From the human T2T-CHM13v2.0 reference genome, Homo sapiens: 64,000 nt of DNA. Under the pieces are notes generated by a model. The model worked only from the letters and a program-made list of their open reading frames with translations. It was not told where the DNA came from and made no database searches. A program made the position numbers and the translations under genes. Location of the stretch: assembly GCF_009914755.1 (NCBI RefSeq), contig NC_060931.1; one strand, 5' to 3'. Below are positions 57,601-64,000 of the stretch, piece after piece; the first letter of the stretch is position 1, and every line of letters begins with the position of its first letter.

Positions 57601-60600
57601 ATCAACCTGTCATCTACATTATGTATTTCTCCTAATGCTATCCTTCCCCCAGCCCCTCACCCCCTGACAGGCCCCGGTGTGTGATGTTCCCCTCCCTGTG
57701 TCCATGTGTTCTCATTGTTCAACTCCCACTTATGAGTGAGAACATGCAGTGTTTGGTTTTCTGTTCTTATGTTAGTTTGCTGAGAATGATGGTTTCCAGT
57801 TTCATCCATATCCCTGCAAAGAACATGAACTCATCCTTTTTTATGGCTGCATAGTATTACATGGTGTATATGTGCCACGTTTTCATTATCCAGTCTATCA
57901 TTGATGGGCATTTGGGTTGGTTCCAAGTCTTTGCTATTGTGAACAGTGCCGCAATAAACATATGTGTGCATGTGTCTTTATAGTAGAATGATTTATAATC
58001 CTTTGGGTATATACCCAGTAATGGGATTGCTGGGTCAAATGGTATTTCTAGTTCTAGATCATTGAGGAATTGCCACACTGTCTTCTACAATGGTTGAACT
58101 AATTTACACTCCCACCAACAGTGTAAAAGCGTTCCTATTTCTCCACATCCTCTCCAGCATCTGTTGTTTCCTGACTTTTTAATTCCTGACTATTTCTCCA
58201 CATCCTCTCCAGCATCTGTTGTTTCCTGACTTTTTAATAGGTTGCCTGTTCATGCTGATGATGGTTTCTTTTACTGTGAAGGAGCTCTTTAGTTTAATTA
58301 AATCCCATTTGTCTATTTTGGCTTCTGTTGCCATAGCTTTTGGTGTTTTAGTCATGAAGACTTTGCCATGCCTATGTCCTGAATGGTATTGCCTAGGTTT
58401 TCTTCTAGGGTTTTTATGGTTTTAGATCTTACATTTAAGTCTTTAATCCATCTTGAGTTAATTTTTGTATACGGTGTAAGGAAGGGATCCAGTTTCAGTT
58501 TTCCACATATGGCTAGCCAGTTTTCCCAACACCATTTATTAAATAGGGAATCCCTTCCCAATACTTGTTTTTGTCAGGTTTGTCAAAGATCAGATGGTTG
58601 TAGATGTGTGGTGTTATTTCTGAGGCCTCTGTTCTGTTCCATTGGTCTATATATCTGCAGTATAGAGTTTTTACTAGTTTTCTTTGTTTTTGCAATCAGA
58701 GTTAAGTTGTCATCAGTTTAAAATAATGGCTTATAAGATGTTATTTGCAAGCTTTATGGTAACCTTAAATAAAAATACCTACAACAGATACACAAAAAAT
58801 ACAAAGCAAAAAATTAAAACACATCACCAGAGAAAATCACTTTCACAAAAAGAAAGACAGGAAGGAAAGGAGGAAAGGAGGAAAGAAGTAAAGACCACAA
58901 ACCAAGCCGAAAACAAATAACATAATGGCAAGAGTAAGCCTTTATTTATCAATAATAACATTGAATGTAAATAGACTAAGCTTTCCAATCAAAAGACATA
59001 GACTAACTGAATGGATCAAAAAAATAAGACCCACTGATCTCTTGCCTACAAGTAACACACTTCACCTACAAAGAGACACACGATATGATAGCGAATTCCA
59101 TTTGCGTGGAATATCTTTTTCTATCTCTTATAAATAAGAGATAGAAAGTTCTATTTATAAGAGATAGAAAATAAGAGAAAATAATAAGAAAATAAGAGAT
59201 AAGAAATAAGAAAATAAAGATATAGAAAAAGATATTCCATGCAAATGGAAAACAAAAAAGAGGAGGAATAGCTATACTTATATCAGACAAAATAACTTTC
59301 AAGACAAAACTATAAAAAGGGACAAAAAAGGTCATTATACAATGATAAAGGGGTCAGTTCAGTAAGAGGTATAACAATAGTAAATATATATGTGCCCAAC
59401 ACTGGAGCACTCAGATACATAAGGCAAATATTAGAGTTAAAGAGAGAGATAGACCCCAGTGCAATAACAACTGTAAAATTCAATACCCCACCCACAGCAT
59501 TAGGCAGATCATGCAGACAGAAAATCAACAAGAAAACATTGGTTTTAATCTGAACTATAAACCAAATGGACCTAATAGATATTTACAGAACACTTCATCC
59601 AGTGGCTGCAGAAAACACATTCTTCTCAGCACATGGATTATTGTCAAGAATAGGCCACATATGAGGACACAAAACAAGTTGTAATAATTTCAAAAACATT
59701 GAAATAATATCAAGCATCTTCTCTGACCACAATGGAATAAAACTAGAAATCAATGACAAGAATAATTTGGGAAACTACGCAAACACATAAAAATTAAACA
59801 ATATGCTCCTGAATGACCAATGAGTCAATGAAAGAAATTAGGAAGGAAATTTAAAACTTACTTAAAACAAATGAAAATAAAAACACAACATACAAAAACC
59901 TGTGGGATACAGCAAAAGCAGTACTAAGCAGAAAGTTCATAGCAGTAAGCACCTACATTAAAAAAGTAGTAAAACTTTAAATAAACAACCCAATGATGAA
60001 TCTTAAAGAACTAGAAAAGCAAGAGCAAACCAAATCCAAAATTAGTAGAAAAAAGAATAAATAAAGGTCATAACAAAAATAAATGAAATTGAAACCCCTT
60101 CAAAATAAACAAAAGATAAACGAAATGAAAATTTGATTTTCAAAAAAACTATAATTGACAAATCTTTCACCAGACTAATAAGAGAGAAGAGCCAGATAAA
60201 GTAAATCAGAGTTGTAAAAGGAGAGACTACACCTGATACAATATAAGTTAAGAGCATTAGAAGAGGCTACTATGAACAACTCCATGCAAATAAGTTGGAA
60301 AATCTAGAAGAAATAAATAAATTCCTAGACATATACAACCTACCAAGATTGAATCAGGAAGAAATCCAAAACCTGAACAGACCAACAAAAAGTAATGAGA
60401 TTGAAGCCATAATAAAAAATCTCCCAGCAAAGAGACGCCCAGGACCCAATAGCTTCAATGCTACATTTTACCAAACATTTAAAGAAATAATACAAATCCT
60501 ATTCAAACTACTCCAAAAAATAGAGGAGAGAATATTTCCAAACTCATGGTACATTGCCAGTATTACCTTGATATCAAAACCAGACATAGACACATCAAAA

Positions 60601-63273
60601 AAAAGAAAACTACAGGGCAGTATCCCTAGTGAACATTGATGGAAAAATCCTCAAAAAAATATTAGCAAACCAAACTCAACAAAATATTGAAATGATCATT
60701 AATCACGAGCAAGTGGGATTTATCCCAGGGATCCAAGGATGGTTCAACATATGCGAATCAATGAGATATATCATATCAATAGAATAAAGGACAAAAACCA
60801 TATGATCATTTCAACTGACGTTGAAAAAGCATTCGATGAGATTCAGCATCCCTTCATGATAAAAACCCCCCAAAAAACTGGGTTTAGAAGGAACATGCCT
60901 CAACACAATAAAAGCTGTATAAAACAGACCCACAGCTGGCATCATACTGCATGGGGAAAAACTGAAAGCTTTTCCTTTAAGATATGTTTCAAGACAAGGT
61001 CGCCCACTTTCAACACTGTTATTCTACATAGTACTAGAAGTCTTCCTCACTAGAGCAATCAGACAAGAGAAAGAAATAAAAAGCATCCAGATTAGAAAGG
61101 AAGAAGTCAAATTATCCTTGTTTACAGATGATTATCTTATATTTGAAAAAACTCAAAGACTCCACCAAAAAAAACTATTAGAACTGATAACAAATCAAAT
61201 AAAGTTGCAGGATACAAAATCAATATACAGAAATCAGTAGCACTTTTATAGGCCAATAGAAATATAAGAAAGAACTCAGGAAGGTAACCTCATTTACAAT
61301 AGTTACAAATAAAATATCTAGGAATAAATTTCACCAAAGAAGTGAAAGAGCTGTATAATGAATATCATAAAACATTGATGCAAGAAACTGAAGAGGACAC
61401 AAAATTGGTAAGATATTCCATGTTCATGAATTGGAAGAATCAACACTGTTAACATGTCCATACTACCCAAAACAATCTACAGATTCAACATAATCCTTAT
61501 AAAACTATAAGTAACAGTCTTCACAAAAATAGAAAAACAAATCCTAAAATTTATACAGAACCACAAAAGACCCAGAATAGATATACCTATCCTGAGCAAA
61601 TGAATAAAACAGGAGGAATCACTTCACCTGACTTCAAATTATACTACAGAGCTATAGTAACCAAAACAGCACGGTACTGGCATAAAAACAGACACCTACT
61701 CTAATAGAACAGAAGAGAGAACCCAGAAACAAATCCACACATTTACAGTGAACTCATTTTCTACAAAGGTGCCAAGAACATACACTAGTGAAATGACTGT
61801 TTCTTCAATAATTGGTGCTGGGAAAATGGATATCCATATGCATAAGAATGAAACTAGATCCTATTTCTTGCCATATACAAAAATCAAATCAAAATGGATT
61901 AAAGACTTAAATCTAAGACCTCAAACTATGAAACTACTAATTAAAACACAAGAGAAATGGTCCAAGATATTGCACTGGGCAAGGATTTCTTGAATAATAC
62001 CCCATAAGCATAGGGTTATGCAAAAATGGACAAAGCAAACCAAAGCGAAAATGGACAAATGAGATCACATCAAGTTAAAAACCTTCTGTACCACACAGGA
62101 AGCAATCAACAAAGTGAAGATACAACCAAAAGAATGGGAGAAAATATTTGCAAACTACCCATCTGACAAGGGATTAATAAGCAGAATATAAGGAGTTCAA
62201 CTCAATAGAAAAAAAGAATCTAGTATTCCAATTTAAAAAATAGGCAAAATATATTAATACACATTCCTCAAAAGAAAACATGCAAGTGGAAAACGTATAT
62301 GAAAAAGAGAAGGTGCTCAACATCATTGATATCACAGAAATGAAAATCAAAACTACAACAAGATATTTTCTCACCCCAGTTAAAATGGCTTTTATCTCAA
62401 AGACAGGCAATAACAAATGCTGGCAAGGATAAGAAGAAAAAGAAACCCTTGGAAACTGTTGCTGGAAATGTAAATTAGTACAACCACTATGGAGAATGGT
62501 ATGGAGATTCCTAAAAAAACTAAAAATAGAACTACATGTGATCCAGCAATCTCACTGCTAGGTATATAACCAAAAGAAAAAAATCAATATTTTGAAGAGA
62601 TATCTGCACTCCCATATTTATTGCAGCACTATACACAACAGCCAAGATTTGGGAGCAACCTAAGTATCTACCAAAAAACAAATGGATAAAGAAAATTTGG
62701 TACATATACACAATGGAGTATTATTCAGCCATTTAAAAAGGGATATCCTATTATTTGCAATGTGGATGGAACTGGAGGACATTATATTAAGTGAAATAAG
62801 CCAGGCACAGAAAGATAAATTTCACATGTTCTCACTCATTTGTGGAAGCTAAAAATAGATCTAATTTCCAGTCAACAAATACTTAACTCTGTAGTCATTC
62901 TCTAGAAAGTTCTATCATAAATAGAGCTCATAGAGCTAAAGAGTAGATGATGGTTACCAGAGGTTAGAAAGAGTGGTAGTGAGGCAGTGGGGATAGTTAA
63001 TGGGCACAAAAAGATAGTACCCATTTATATTTTACACGAGTAAAATATAGTATTTGATAGCACAACAGGGTGACTACAGTCTAATAATTTATTGTACATT
63101 TAAAAATAACTAAAAGAGTATAATTGGAACGTTTGTAACACAAAGAAATGTTGAATACTTGAGGTGGATACCCCCATTTACCCTGATGTGATCATTATAC
63201 ATCATGTGCCTGTAATAAAACATTTAATGTACCTCATAAATATATACACCTACCATACAAATAAAAAAAAATT
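54656..63273 (+). mobile_element. Full-length degenerate L1 (L1MA1-3-like): 5'UTR, ORF1, ORF2 and 3'UTR
   Basis: 5' end 'gagaggggaggcaaagcaagatggcc'; ORF1 remnants at about 56300-57250; ORF2 remnants ('ENLEEINKFLDIYNLPRLNQEEI', '[12 protein letters not shown]'); L1MA-type 3'UTR and A tail; TSD aaagaatgattcta (54642-54655) / aaagaacgatttta (63274-63287), 12/14. Confidence 0.95.
57506..58658 (-). mobile_element. 5'-truncated L1PA (L1PA7/8-like) nested antisense in the L1MA inter-ORF region
   Basis: 'ttctggggtacatgtgcagaacgtgcagg'; ORF2 C-terminal peptides 'PFDPAIPLLGIYP' and '[12 protein letters not shown]'; probable TSD agtatacaattt (57494-57505) / agtatagagttt (58659-58670). Confidence 0.94.
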
Positions 63274-64000
63274 AAAGAACGATTTTAACTTCTATTTGAA
63301 TTCATCTAGAATGGGTAGTGATTAGTTATAAGGACACCCTCAATATAACCAGTTTTTAAAATGTTATAACAATGTCAACTTTAACACTGTACATCTTGTC
63401 TTTAAATCTTAAGGACCTATTTTTCAATCAACAAATACTTAACACTGCAGGCATTCTCTAGAAAGCTCTATCACAAAATAGATCCCTGCAGAGCTCTTGA
63501 AATAGGCCCTGTTAAGACCAGTAGTATTAGAAAAGAAGTCTATAGAACATTCCAGCGATTCATTGCTCTTTGTTTTTGAAGTTCTAGCCTTAAACTAAGC
63601 CCAACCTTCAAAAAACCACATGATTTGTCCCCAGGAACTCTAAGTCTCCATTGAAACAATTTACTTTCATTGTGTTGAGGCCTCAGCTGCTGTGAAGTTT
63701 GTCTGTAAAGAATAATTATGTGAAAAATGTGTCAACATCCTCTCTAAAAGAAAATAGATCATGTTGCTTATACTGTTCATTATGGTTTTACAGTCCCAGA
63801 GGCCTGAATTATCAACCAGATTCACGTAAGAGTCTTCCTCAGCCTCAAACTTAATGATTCACAAAGAATTCAAAACAATGGTGCCAGTAGCATGAATGTC
63901 AAGAAGACCTCAAACATCAGATGCAGTTTTCAGAATACCCTTTTCTGAACTGGGTTCATTTGCTTTCAATTATATCATCTAATCAGGTGCCAGTCAAGTT

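Noticed and set aside
62020-62060. Short duplication gcaaaaatggacaaa / gcgaaaatggacaaa in L1
   Set aside because: Small slippage-type duplication, too short to interpret
59300-62700. Reverse transcriptase/endonuclease-like peptides as a functional or domesticated gene
   Set aside because: They are frameshifted, stop-riddled L1 ORF2 remnants

Overview
Primate (probably human or another catarrhine, since AluY copies are present) AT-rich, CpG-poor, repeat-dense genomic DNA that looks intronic or intergenic. I recognise no protein-coding gene, tRNA, rRNA or CRISPR array. The ORF track consists of chance ORFs and fragments of Alu, L1 and LTR elements. Main contents: 9 Alu or Alu-derived elements; a full-length old L1 (L1MA-type, 54656-63273) with a target-site duplication (TSD) and a nested antisense L1PA; a second L1MA with a nested Alu; a 5'-truncated L1PA that appears to carry a 28-nt 3' transduction; an internally deleted two-LTR ERV-L (MLT2) provirus with an exact 5-bp TSD; several MaLR and ERV LTRs; Tigger and hAT fossils; and many MIR/L2 fragments. 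Structure not explained by repeat annotation: (1) a near-perfect 81-bp inverted duplication whose arms contain AATAAA, at the end of a candidate minus-strand terminal exon; (2) several locally templated insertions and fold-back scars; (3) a repeat-free promoter-like block at about 19.0-19.6 kb with a G4-prone purine tract and three clustered 5' splice sites. None of this demonstrates a new biological system; these are testable leads. Repeat subfamily names come from my recall of consensus sequences, and boundaries of old repeats are approximate.
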